A DNA stretch of 64,000 nt, taken from positions 435,186-499,185 of the forward strand of contig JBMORG010000010.1 of NCBI GenBank assembly GCA_049322355.1. The letters run 5' to 3'. The notes below the pieces were generated by a model. The model did not search any database, was not told the origin of the DNA, and worked only from the letters and a program-made list of their open reading frames with translations. This DNA comes from Thermodesulfobacteriota bacterium (GTDB taxonomy: Bacteria > Desulfobacterota > Desulfobaccia > Desulfobaccales > 0-14-0-80-60-11). Below, piece by piece: positions 16,549 through 25,012 of this stretch. How positions within the stretch are numbered: the first letter of the stretch is position 1; each line of letters begins with the position of its first letter. Made by a program: the position numbers and the translations under genes.

Positions 16549-17361
16549 TTAACTTGTCATCACCTTCAGGGACAAGGCGCTCATCTCCCCTTGGGGTATG
16601 GGCGGTCCCGTGGGCCCCATGGGGTGAGGATGTACATGAGTGGCGAAAAGGGTCAGAAAGCTTTGCCCTTTGATTATGGGTTCGCCGCCCTGACCGGCCA
16701 GCATGACTTGTTGTCCTTCCACTACCACCTGTTGGCCTTTAACGGTAATCCCCGCCGCGGCCATCTCAATCTTGTTGCCGTTGCTGTCTTCCACGGTTGT
16801 GCCGCTGGAATTCATGGTCAGGGTATTGCCGTTGGCATCGGTCAACACAATCTCATTGCTGTCGGCGTTGAGGGTCATGGTATTTTCCTGCGCATCAGTA
16901 ATAATCACCGTACCATTTTCGTCCACCGTCATTTCCGTTCCGGCAGGATGGGCCAGGCGAAATCTTTCGGCGCCCTCCGCGTCATCGAATTGCAGCACAT
17001 GCCCGGAAGGTGTCTTGAAGACCCGGGTGGTGGGCGGACTGAGGGCGGCCTCACTGGGCGGGTCACCACTTTGCTGCCAGAAGGTGCCGGTCCAGATGGG
17101 GGCATTGAGATTGCCGGCCTCGAATTCAACCCAGACCTGGGCGTCAACTTCGGGGACCGTGAAGAACCCTTGTTGGGCCAGGCCGCCAAAGGGCAGGCAG
17201 GGCAGGGCCCAGCCCGTGGGCGCTTCACCCAGGACTGCAGGAACGGTAAGCCGCAGACGCCCGAGCTGCTCCGGGTCATTGTTATCGACGACGAACCCCC
17301 GGTATTTGCCGAAATATTTATTTCGAAACTGCCTGGCTAATTCCAGGAGGAGATTTTCCAT
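16549..17361 (-). CDS. gpV/gp5-like central spike (OB-fold + beta-helix repeats + His-rich apex)
   Basis: 270 aa. GKYRGFVVDNNDPEQLGRLRLTVPAVLG is typical of baseplate assembly protein V / VgrG OB-fold. The C-terminus carries short repeats NGNTLTMNSSGTTVEDSNGNKIEM and ends in THVHPHPMG. Confidence 0.8.
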   Translation of the reverse strand: MENLLLELARQFRNKYFGKYRGFVVDNNDPEQLGRLRLTVPAVLGEAPTGWALPCLPFGGLAQQGFFTVPEVDAQVWVEFEAGNLNAPIWTGTFWQQSGDPPSEAALSPPTTRVFKTPSGHVLQFDDAEGAERFRLAHPAGTEMTVDENGTVIITDAQENTMTLNADSNEIVLTDANGNTLTMNSSGTTVEDSNGNKIEMAAAGITVKGQQVVVEGQQVMLAGQGGEPIIKGQSFLTLFATHVHPHPMGPTGPPIPQGEMSALSLKVMTS

Positions 17362-18507
17362 TTAACCTCCAAGCACCCCTGCCAACAGTCCCCCGGCGCC
17401 GGCAAGGTTGTCCCCATAAGCGTTGCGCAGAAGATGAAAGCTCTGCCGGTAGCCGTCGATGTTGAAAACGTGGTTGACCCTATCCACAAAATAAATGCCG
17501 CTATACCGGTCTCCCACCCCGTCAACACCCACAGGCTCCCCGACCCGGAGGACGTGGCCATAAAGGGAGCCATCCAACTCTCCCTCTGCCTTAATGCGCA
17601 AAGAAAGTTCATTGGCCCGGCGTTGGGCCCGGGCCAGCCACTCATCTTCGCTCAGGCCTTCCTGGCGGGTCAGGCGCCAGGAAAATTCCTCCAGGCCACT
17701 GCCTTGATTGAGGACCGAAGTCGTGCCCAAGAGAGGCAGGTCCGGCTCTACGGTTTCAGAAACCGTCCCGGCTCCCGCGGTTTCGGCCCGGTCGAAAACG
17801 ACCCGGTCAGCCTGATGGCCGTCTTCCCTGACATTAAAGCTGAGACAATTGGTTGCCGGCCCGGCGTAGACCATGATGGTTTCCTGGGGCGCGGCGTCCA
17901 GGCGCATGGGGCCGAAATAAACGCTGCCACCGGAAAAGAGCAGATCGTAACCATTGGCTTCAGCCCGCTGGCGCAGAAAATTGATATCGCTGTCGTCTTG
18001 ATTAATCACCAGATTGCTTTGGCCGGCGCCGCTGTCCGCATCCAGACTGAGACCATATCTTCCTAAAATAGTTGAGACGATGACGGTATCGCTGGTGGGC
18101 GCCTCCGCGCCCCAGACTTGGCGGACATGCGACCGGTCCAGCTGGAAAGACTCGTCCTGGCACTCCACAAAGACTAATGCAGAGCCGGCTTCTTCGGGAT
18201 AGTCGGCTCTGATTTCCCGGATGAAACCCCGCATGATTTCTTGGGTTCTGCTGCCAAAGGCCGCTTCAATGACGATGGGCTCCCAGGGGGCGAGGCTACC
18301 GGAGTCCTGAACCAGCCATTGGCCCTGTTCATCGCGCCGGGTTTCAAATTTTAACGTGGCCACCGCCGGCTCGTTACGGCTGGTGTCCACTGAGACTTCC
18401 ACCAAAAAAGGGTACAAGTCCGTGATTTCTTCACCGGAAGATCCCACCCGGATTATACATTCCGCCGGCTCCCGGTCTTTGCCGCTCAGAAGGTCTAGGA
18501 GGCCCAC
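17362..18507 (-). CDS. Late control gpD-like / VgrG N-terminal module (Afp8 N-half-like)
   Basis: 381 aa, GTG start directly after the stop of the gpX-like ORF. Size, position and overall pattern are those of phage late control D proteins. Separated from the gpV-like ORF by a single in-frame TAA. Confidence 0.65.
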   Translation of the reverse strand: MGLLDLLSGKDREPAECIIRVGSSGEEITDLYPFLVEVSVDTSRNEPAVATLKFETRRDEQGQWLVQDSGSLAPWEPIVIEAAFGSRTQEIMRGFIREIRADYPEEAGSALVFVECQDESFQLDRSHVRQVWGAEAPTSDTVIVSTILGRYGLSLDADSGAGQSNLVINQDDSDINFLRQRAEANGYDLLFSGGSVYFGPMRLDAAPQETIMVYAGPATNCLSFNVREDGHQADRVVFDRAETAGAGTVSETVEPDLPLLGTTSVLNQGSGLEEFSWRLTRQEGLSEDEWLARAQRRANELSLRIKAEGELDGSLYGHVLRVGEPVGVDGVGDRYSGIYFVDRVNHVFNIDGYRQSFHLLRNAYGDNLAGAGGLLAGVLGG

Positions 18508-18798
18508 TTAATCTCTCTCTTTAGGAATCAAAATAGCCTGTCCCGCCATGTTCTCGAGAAAAATATCGCCGCCAAAAAGAATGTCCGGGTTGGCGTCGAT
18601 AATGCGCCACCAGAGGCGAGGGTTGTTGTAATAATGGCCGGCTAAGAGATCTAAACGCTCTCCTGTGGTCACAACGTGTTCAATGACCCCCACCGCCGGA
18701 TCAATCTGGCGCGGCCGGATGCCCTTAAAAATAATTTCCCCGGCCGGGGTCGGCTCGAACAACTGGGCTTTGTCGTAACGGGAACCTTTCTTGAACAT
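18508..18798 (-). CDS. LysM-like tail protein X (gpX-like)
   Basis: 96 aa. HVVTTGERLDLLAGHYYNNPRLWWRIIDANP matches the LysM/gpX pattern. Confidence 0.65.
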   Translation of the reverse strand: MFKKGSRYDKAQLFEPTPAGEIIFKGIRPRQIDPAVGVIEHVVTTGERLDLLAGHYYNNPRLWWRIIDANPDILFGGDIFLENMAGQAILIPKERD

Positions 18799-18881
18799 AC
18801 CTTCACCTGGAAGAAGAGACGTGCTAAACCGCCATGTTTCAATGAGTGGCGGCTAGAAAACCCGCCGCGGCTGCTGCACCC

Positions 18882-19520
18882 TTAAAAAATCCCCCCGACT
18901 ATAGTGCGTCCGGTGTTCAAGGCCGCGCCCACAACTTGGCGCACCTTTTCTACCTGGTAAAACGGGTTATTCCCTTCGATCACCTGCATGGACAGAGTGG
19001 CTTTAGCCCGGTAGGGTACCAGGGAAGGCAGGTGAGCCTCTTCAGTTATTTGGACGCTGGTCAAAAAAACTGGCAGAATGTGGCTGCCCCAAACGAGCAG
19101 TAAGACCGAGGCCGATTCGCTGCGCTGGAAAGCCCGTTCGCCCCCGAAACCAAGGCTGGCCAGAGTTTGCAAGCCTCCCGGCCCTTGGGATTTGGGTTCC
19201 ACCATGGTCCGCAGGGTGTCCAATTCAGGCTGAATGCCAAATTGGGTGGCCACGGGTTCACCTTCATTCATGCGGTCAGTGGCATCCAGGAGTATTTCGA
19301 TGGAAAAGCTCTCCGGCTGCACCGTGACGCCCTGGGCCACCCGGGCGGTCTCGGTGGGAAGGGCAAAATCATATCCGCCCCGGGTGCCAGGGGCATTTCC
19401 GGTTCTCAAGGTAATGGTGCGGCTGCGGGTCAGGCTCTGAGGGTTGAACTCAAAGACCAGGATTAACGGCGGCAGGGACAAGGCGTATTCCACCAGCATG
19501 CCTTTGGTCGTGTTGAGCAT
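18882..19520 (-). CDS. CIS tube-domain protein (Afp7/tube-initiator-like, lacking its usual LysM)
   Basis: 212 aa. VFEFNPQSLTRSR near the N-terminus and VPYRAKATLSMQVIE near the C-terminus resemble the conserved FxFNPxxl...P.RA...l.l.e pattern of CIS tube proteins. Confidence 0.55.
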   Translation of the reverse strand: MLNTTKGMLVEYALSLPPLILVFEFNPQSLTRSRTITLRTGNAPGTRGGYDFALPTETARVAQGVTVQPESFSIEILLDATDRMNEGEPVATQFGIQPELDTLRTMVEPKSQGPGGLQTLASLGFGGERAFQRSESASVLLLVWGSHILPVFLTSVQITEEAHLPSLVPYRAKATLSMQVIEGNNPFYQVEKVRQVVGAALNTGRTIVGGIF

Positions 19521-19523
19521 ACG

Positions 19524-19757
19524 TCACCTCGGTAGGTTGTTCACCTGGCCCTGCACTGCGGCGGCGATCTTGCTGGCCAACTGACGGTCACTCCAGCCAG
19601 GCTGGATGGTGATGGGCGGCAGGCTCAGCCTTTCCACCCGCAGACTGCCTTCCCAAGTGAGGGCTCCCAGTTCCTTTGCCACCAGACGAGCGATGAGCGC
19701 CGTCCGGTCCCGGTACGCTGCGGGCAACTTTAGACGCAAACGACTAATGGTCAACAT
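19524..19757 (-). CDS. Small hypothetical protein
   Basis: The ORF track gives 19524..19841. Met29 (ATG at 19757) leaves only a 7-nt overlap with the ATPase stop (ATGTTGA). 77 aa, no motif recognised. Confidence 0.45.
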   Translation of the reverse strand: MLTISRLRLKLPAAYRDRTALIARLVAKELGALTWEGSLRVERLSLPPITIQPGWSDRQLASKIAAAVQGQVNNLPR

Positions 19758-21088
19758 GGCTCTGACTCCGGAAGAAAACGGGAGAGGGCTCCCAGAGCGC
19801 TTTTGGACAGTTCCCGGCCGTCTTTCCCCAACTCCCGCCATACCGCCAGGGCAACATGAGGCAAGGTGATCACCCCTCCATCCCCGGCAGCCAGATAGGC
19901 GGCGTGCAACGCGGCGTTGCGGATATTCCCCCCGGTCAGGTTAATTGCCTGCCCGAGAAAGGCAAAATCGAGGTCCGCCACCCCCGGGGCCCTGGGCGGC
20001 AGCAAACGCCGCCACAGCAGGGCTCGAGCCTGGGACTCTGGCCGGGGGAAATCCACGGCAATCTGAAATCTGCGGGCAAAGGCGGAGTCCAAATGTTTCC
20101 GCAAGTTGGTGGTGAGGATGACCGGCCCGCAGTGATATTCCAAGCGAGCCAGCAGGTGGCTGACTTCCATGTTGGCATAGCGGTCTCTGGCCTCTTTCAC
20201 TTCCCCGCGTTTGCTGAAGAGGCTGTCGGCTTCATCGAACTGCAGGATCATGGGCCTGTTATGCGCAGCATCGAAAAGCCGGTTGAGGTTCTTTTCAGTT
20301 TCGCCGATGTACTTGCTCACCAGGCGACCCAGGTCCACCCGGTAGAGGGGCCAGCCCAGTTCCGTGGCTAAAACTGCGGCTGCAAGAGTCTTTCCGGTCC
20401 CCGACGGACCTGAGAAGAGAGCTACCGGTCCGCCGCAATCCTGGCCTCCCCATTCCTGAACCACGGTGGCTTTCTGGGTGATCCAGAGCAAGAATTCCCG
20501 CAGCATGATAAGGCGGTCCGGCGGCAGAATTAAATCATCCCAACCGGCCCGGATCATGACGGGAATTGCACCGGGAAGGTGGGCGCTGAGCAGGGGCCGC
20601 TGCATCAGCCGGGCGGTGATGCCTGGCGCCGGCCGAACCGGCTGAAAAGGGTCATTCCCTTCCAAATCAATCAACCCGAGACGGCGTAGGGGTGCGGTCT
20701 CGGACAAGACCGCATAAAGCTGGGAAGATTCCGCCGGGGTTAAAGCCAGCAGTTCCTGCAATAAAGCTATGGTGGGGTAGGGTTGCGGGATTCCGGGTTG
20801 CAAGGTCTGAAACATCCAGCCCAGGCGGGGTTCCACCTCCGGGGCCAGGACGCAGGCCAGGACATCTAATTCCAGAAAAGACAGCGGCTTCGCAATGGCC
20901 CGGATTAATCCGCGGCCTTCCTGTCGGGCTCGCTCCACCTGGCCTTGCAGACTCTGCAAGCGCTCCAGCAGTTCCGGGGCCAAATGACGGCCTTGCCGCG
21001 ATTCCCCCAGAAGATGGCCCAGGAGTTCAAGCCGTTCCCATTCTACAGCCAGGGGATCGGTGGCAGACTGTTGGACCGTGGGGTTCAT
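19751..21088 (-). CDS. AAA+ ATPase (Afp15/Pvc15-like)
   Basis: 445 aa. Walker A GPSGTGKT, Walker B ILQFDEADSLF, then SKYIGETEKNL. 4-nt overlap with the upstream DUF4255 gene. Confidence 0.9.
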   Translation of the reverse strand: MNPTVQQSATDPLAVEWERLELLGHLLGESRQGRHLAPELLERLQSLQGQVERARQEGRGLIRAIAKPLSFLELDVLACVLAPEVEPRLGWMFQTLQPGIPQPYPTIALLQELLALTPAESSQLYAVLSETAPLRRLGLIDLEGNDPFQPVRPAPGITARLMQRPLLSAHLPGAIPVMIRAGWDDLILPPDRLIMLREFLLWITQKATVVQEWGGQDCGGPVALFSGPSGTGKTLAAAVLATELGWPLYRVDLGRLVSKYIGETEKNLNRLFDAAHNRPMILQFDEADSLFSKRGEVKEARDRYANMEVSHLLARLEYHCGPVILTTNLRKHLDSAFARRFQIAVDFPRPESQARALLWRRLLPPRAPGVADLDFAFLGQAINLTGGNIRNAALHAAYLAAGDGGVITLPHVALAVWRELGKDGRELSKSALGALSRFLPESEPC

Positions 21089-22116
21089 GGCGTCTCCGGG
21101 TAAACAATGAGCAGCACCGGGTTGCTCCGCAAGGTTACGGAATGGCCATCCACCGGGCGCACGTAGGTTCTTTCCGCATAAAGCACGGCCTGTCCCACCT
21201 CCTGTGGCTTAAAAGGATGAGCCAGGGAGGTAGTAACGGCCTCTGAGGCCTTTTCAGGGTCCATCACCAGAATGCTGGCCGCGGCTTCGGTGACCTCGCT
21301 TTGCCTTTGCCACCCCTGGGTAGAGGTCCATTTTTCCCAAACCAACGTCATCTCTGCCCCCACCTCACCAGCAATCCAGACCCGGGGCTGAAGATTATTG
21401 AGCTCGGCGCTATTGCGGGCCAACGCCAGGCTTTGGATGCAGGCGCCTTGATGAATGAGGCAGATAGCCGGGGTCCAGTCTTCCCGGGAGGCATCAATGG
21501 CAGTGACGGAAACGGGGGGTGAAAAAACCTGGCCCCTAAAAGGGGCCGTCCGCGTCTGTTTATCCGCCCTGACCTGGTAACCCAGGCTGCCCACCAAAGG
21601 ACTGCCGGCCCAAGGTTTGGCCGGGATTATGGGTACCAGGGATAACTCGTAGGCCACGGAAGGGCGATAACTGACCTCACCTTGGGTCGACCAGATGTGA
21701 TTCAGGTCATCGGGGGTTAAGGCTTGAAAAATGACCTGCAATTGGAAGCTCTCTTCATTCACCTTGAGGTTGTCCAATACAGGGTTTTCATGGAATAAAC
21801 GGATAACCTCGCCCAGCAGCCGCAGATCATTTTCCCCGGCACTGATATTGTCTTCGGCGACTCCGAATCCGGTAATCAGGCAATGCAACCGCAACCACCA
21901 GGTTTCTCCGGGTTTGGTGTGCGGAAAGAAACCGGAGGGTTCGATAAGATAGAAGAAGAGGTTGAGGCGATGGTCGGTATCCGATTGGCCCGGAGCAGCG
22001 TCGGTGGGATTGCCGATCATGATGCGCGTGGAATGGGCGCTGGCATTTAAGCCGGTACTGACAAAGTCGGCAATAGCCCGGCATACTTCTGAAAGAGCGG
22101 TGATCGGCAACGGCAT
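21085..22116 (-). CDS. DUF4255 protein (Afp16/Pvc16-like tail terminator/cap)
   Basis: 343 aa. The N-terminal domain (ALSEVCRAIADFV...HRLNLFFYLIEP) resembles the DUF4255 pattern, and it is adjacent to the AAA+ ATPase as in eCIS loci. Confidence 0.65.
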   Translation of the reverse strand: MPLPITALSEVCRAIADFVSTGLNASAHSTRIMIGNPTDAAPGQSDTDHRLNLFFYLIEPSGFFPHTKPGETWWLRLHCLITGFGVAEDNISAGENDLRLLGEVIRLFHENPVLDNLKVNEESFQLQVIFQALTPDDLNHIWSTQGEVSYRPSVAYELSLVPIIPAKPWAGSPLVGSLGYQVRADKQTRTAPFRGQVFSPPVSVTAIDASREDWTPAICLIHQGACIQSLALARNSAELNNLQPRVWIAGEVGAEMTLVWEKWTSTQGWQRQSEVTEAAASILVMDPEKASEAVTTSLAHPFKPQEVGQAVLYAERTYVRPVDGHSVTLRSNPVLLIVYPETP

Positions 22117-22119
22117 GGT

Positions 22120-23379
22120 TTACAAATTCCTTAAATAATGCCGGCTGGCCAGGTTGGTCAGGGGCCGTTGACTCGAGGAAGAAATATGTTGTTGCCCGCT
22201 TTCCGGACTGAGAACCACTATTTCCAGCAATCCAATCTGCACCTGGGGCCTGGTCGGTTCCGGCACCGGCGTCGGCTGGCCTTTGGGCCGGTCGGTAACC
22301 GGCGTGCCGGTAGGCTGGACGAAAGAGGAAAGGGGGATTAAAGGTACCGCCGGTATTTCTTTGCTGGCTGGCGGCGCGTCGCCTAAAGTGGTTTCCTGGG
22401 TCGTCGGCGCCTGAGACAAAAGGTTGGGAGGGGTGGTGGTGCCCGCACGGATTGCAAGCTCCGCTTGCCTGCTCCCCTGCGTTTCCACCGATTCGCCACG
22501 GGTGCTTAGCTTTACACGGGTCGTTAAAGGCATCTCGGCGAAGGAATCTTCCGGACCCAAATATTGCAGACCAGTTGACTCGACCGTAGACGAGCGACTC
22601 TCTCGAACCATGCTGGCTCGACCAATGACTTTCAGCTTCTGTGCCGCAGGTTTGGGAAAAAAATTAACACCATAGGCCTCTGGAAGTCCCGGTTCAACGG
22701 TGGATTCCAAAGGCCGAAGGCGGCCCACCACCTGGCGGGCGGCAGGTTCAGTCGCAGGCGCCTGGAACGCCTCTGTTAGACCCCGCCGGCCCTCCTCCCA
22801 AGCTGTTATTTCATTGTCACTTTGAGGTAACTCAGCTTTCTCTTCTCCCGTTAAGGATAACTCTGCAACCTGAGGATCAGCGGGAATGCCGGCATATTCA
22901 GCAACTCCCGATTGATCCGGATAAGGCTGCAGGTCCCGGGTGTCCGGTGTCTGAGGCAGATTTCCGGGAGCAGTCAGAGGTGCCTGATTCAGCACTTCGG
23001 CTTCAGGTAAAGGACTTTTCAGCCTGTAATCCTGGGTCTCCCCCAAATCCTGCTGGAGGGCGTCAGGTTCAACGGCCGTCCTTTGAAACGACTCAACCTG
23101 ACCCCAACGCCAGCCCTCTTCCGATAATGCCTCAGGATCTCTGGCTGAGATTTCCTGAATCGGCCCCGATTCCCGGGTGGGCTCTGATTCGGCAGGGGAC
23201 ACCAGAGGCGGCCTGAAGCTGGAGGTTCCCGGTACCGGTTCCCCTGCCTCACTGGCGGCACTGTCAAGGTTAATTCCGTAGTTCGGCCGCGCCTGAGGTT
23301 GCGCCGGGACTGCTTCAGTTCTTGGAGAGACCCCGGTCAATCTTCGACTTTCGCCCGCTATTTGATCGAAAAAGCCCAA
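22120..23379 (-). CDS. Pro/Glu/Thr/Gln-rich protein at the tape-measure position (Afp14-like by position only)
   Basis: 419 aa, compositionally biased and likely disordered except for the C-terminal ~50 aa (RPQVQIGLLEIVVLSPE...RHYLRNL). Assigned by gene order only. Confidence 0.4.
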   Translation of the reverse strand: MGFFDQIAGESRRLTGVSPRTEAVPAQPQARPNYGINLDSAASEAGEPVPGTSSFRPPLVSPAESEPTRESGPIQEISARDPEALSEEGWRWGQVESFQRTAVEPDALQQDLGETQDYRLKSPLPEAEVLNQAPLTAPGNLPQTPDTRDLQPYPDQSGVAEYAGIPADPQVAELSLTGEEKAELPQSDNEITAWEEGRRGLTEAFQAPATEPAARQVVGRLRPLESTVEPGLPEAYGVNFFPKPAAQKLKVIGRASMVRESRSSTVESTGLQYLGPEDSFAEMPLTTRVKLSTRGESVETQGSRQAELAIRAGTTTPPNLLSQAPTTQETTLGDAPPASKEIPAVPLIPLSSFVQPTGTPVTDRPKGQPTPVPEPTRPQVQIGLLEIVVLSPESGQQHISSSSQRPLTNLASRHYLRNL

Positions 23380-23515
23380 GGAAACCCTCCTTCCGACTAT
23401 AATGCTAAAGAGAGCAGAACTTACCTCATTGTCCCCTTGTCTGGCCTGAACCAGGGGGTGGAACTCAGAAAAAATTAAGGGTTGAAACCGTGGTTACCGG
23501 TTCACCAGCAGTTCC

Positions 23516-24340
23516 CTAGCCGACAAGGCCCCTGGATCTGTCAATAAGATGCAAATAGCGCTGACGCCGCCGTTGGGGCAGAGAAAGAATTTCAGCTTCG
23601 CTCCAGTGATAGACGGTGGCGAGGTTGTGAACTTGGGCCAAAATATCCCCGTGCTGATGATACAGGCAGAAATACGGATCTATGCCGAGCTTATGGGTTT
23701 GGCCGCAATCAGGACAAGCCGCCTGCACGGCCAGGGTGACCTCCGGCGCCACCGATCCCAAGGCGGTTTCAATCTGGGCCAAATCCGTAGCAGTCAGGCT
23801 GGCCACCCAGAGGTCGGGATCCCGCTCCTGTTGGGAGGCGGGACACTCCACCAGGCACAGGCGCGCCAGAGGCCGGCCCCCATCTTCTCCTGCCGGCAGC
23901 ATTGCCAGATGCTTCTGGTCCGCGCCGCAGGGAACCCGCCAGCAACCGGGACCCAGGGAAGTGTTCACCCGGGCAAAAGGATAAGTGGCTCCGGCTCCCT
24001 TGACCGGGAGTTCGGAGAAACGAATCAGAAAATCAAACTGTGCCCCGCACTGAGGGCAGACGGCAGTCATCCAAACCTCATCCAAGCCCAGCAAAATGGC
24101 GAGTTGCTGCATCAAGAATTGCCGGTCGCCGACACAAAGGTCATCCACCAGTTCCGGTTCCGGGAGCAAATCGCCCAGACTTTCCAGGGAGGCGGCCAGA
24201 GCCAGGGTCACCGCTCCCGGCAAGAAGCGGGACCCCGAAGCAGCTTCGGCAATAGCCAGCTCCACGGCCCCGGTAAGGGGTCGAAAGGCATACCGGTGCA
24301 GCAATTCGCCCCGATGCCATAAACCGCCGGGCAGAGGCAT
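23516..24340 (-). CDS. Zinc-ribbon protein at the tail-assembly-chaperone position
   Basis: The ORF track gives 23516..24472. Met45 (ATG at 24340) shares one base with the tube-gene stop (TGATG). 274 aa with CPQCG and CPDCG motifs plus additional Cys, and a C-terminal HWSEAEILSLPQRRRQRYL. Confidence 0.5.
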   Translation of the reverse strand: MPLPGGLWHRGELLHRYAFRPLTGAVELAIAEAASGSRFLPGAVTLALAASLESLGDLLPEPELVDDLCVGDRQFLMQQLAILLGLDEVWMTAVCPQCGAQFDFLIRFSELPVKGAGATYPFARVNTSLGPGCWRVPCGADQKHLAMLPAGEDGGRPLARLCLVECPASQQERDPDLWVASLTATDLAQIETALGSVAPEVTLAVQAACPDCGQTHKLGIDPYFCLYHQHGDILAQVHNLATVYHWSEAEILSLPQRRRQRYLHLIDRSRGLVG

Positions 24341-24849
24341 CAGGTCTCCGTCGGTTCCACCACGCCGGTGTCGCGCTGCCAGCCTTCGTGCTGCAAGGTA
24401 ATGGTTTGGATGCCCACAGTGTTCATGGAGCCGGCATCCAGGTCGGGCAAGGCTTGAAAATCCGAGACCCAAGCCCGGTAGAGCTTATACGAGATTGCCA
24501 CTTGCCCCTGGAGATTCAACACATTGACGATAATATCCTTGCGAAAATTTTTCAGGGACATGGCCGCGTCGCCCTCGATATTGTTCACCAGGCTGGCCCA
24601 ATTTTCGAAGACCGGGTCGTGAGTGAGCCCCTGCTCCAGGGTAACGGGTTCATAACTCGTACCGCCGGGCATGATTCGCTCATGAGATGGATCATTGGAA
24701 GCTCGCCACTTTACCGGCTCGGTTTTTTTCTTGAGGGCGCCCATCTTTTTAAGTCCGGCCACCACTTTGCCGTCGATGACGACCTGAAACTTGAAGGTGC
24801 GATAAGGATCGTGGCGGTGGGTGTTGACAGGAAACAGGGGTGCAGCCAT
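24340..24849 (-). CDS. Tail tube protein, T4 gp19 / Afp1-like
   Basis: 169 aa. The N-terminal DPYRTFKFQVVIDGKVVAG is typical of the gp19-like tail tube family. Confidence 0.9.
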   Translation of the reverse strand: MAAPLFPVNTHRHDPYRTFKFQVVIDGKVVAGLKKMGALKKKTEPVKWRASNDPSHERIMPGGTSYEPVTLEQGLTHDPVFENWASLVNNIEGDAAMSLKNFRKDIIVNVLNLQGQVAISYKLYRAWVSDFQALPDLDAGSMNTVGIQTITLQHEGWQRDTGVVEPTET

Positions 24850-25012
24850 CTTAGTTCTCCTCTAAGGGTTACTTGAGCCCATCTGAATTTGAGGGCTGGC
24901 ACAAGGCCCTAATCACTGCTCCACAGGCTGACGGCAACCGCACTGGCAATCGCTTGAAAGATTCCCCTACTTGTTGGGGCCGTCACCTCCAGAAGTTTGG
25001 TCCGTCTGACGG

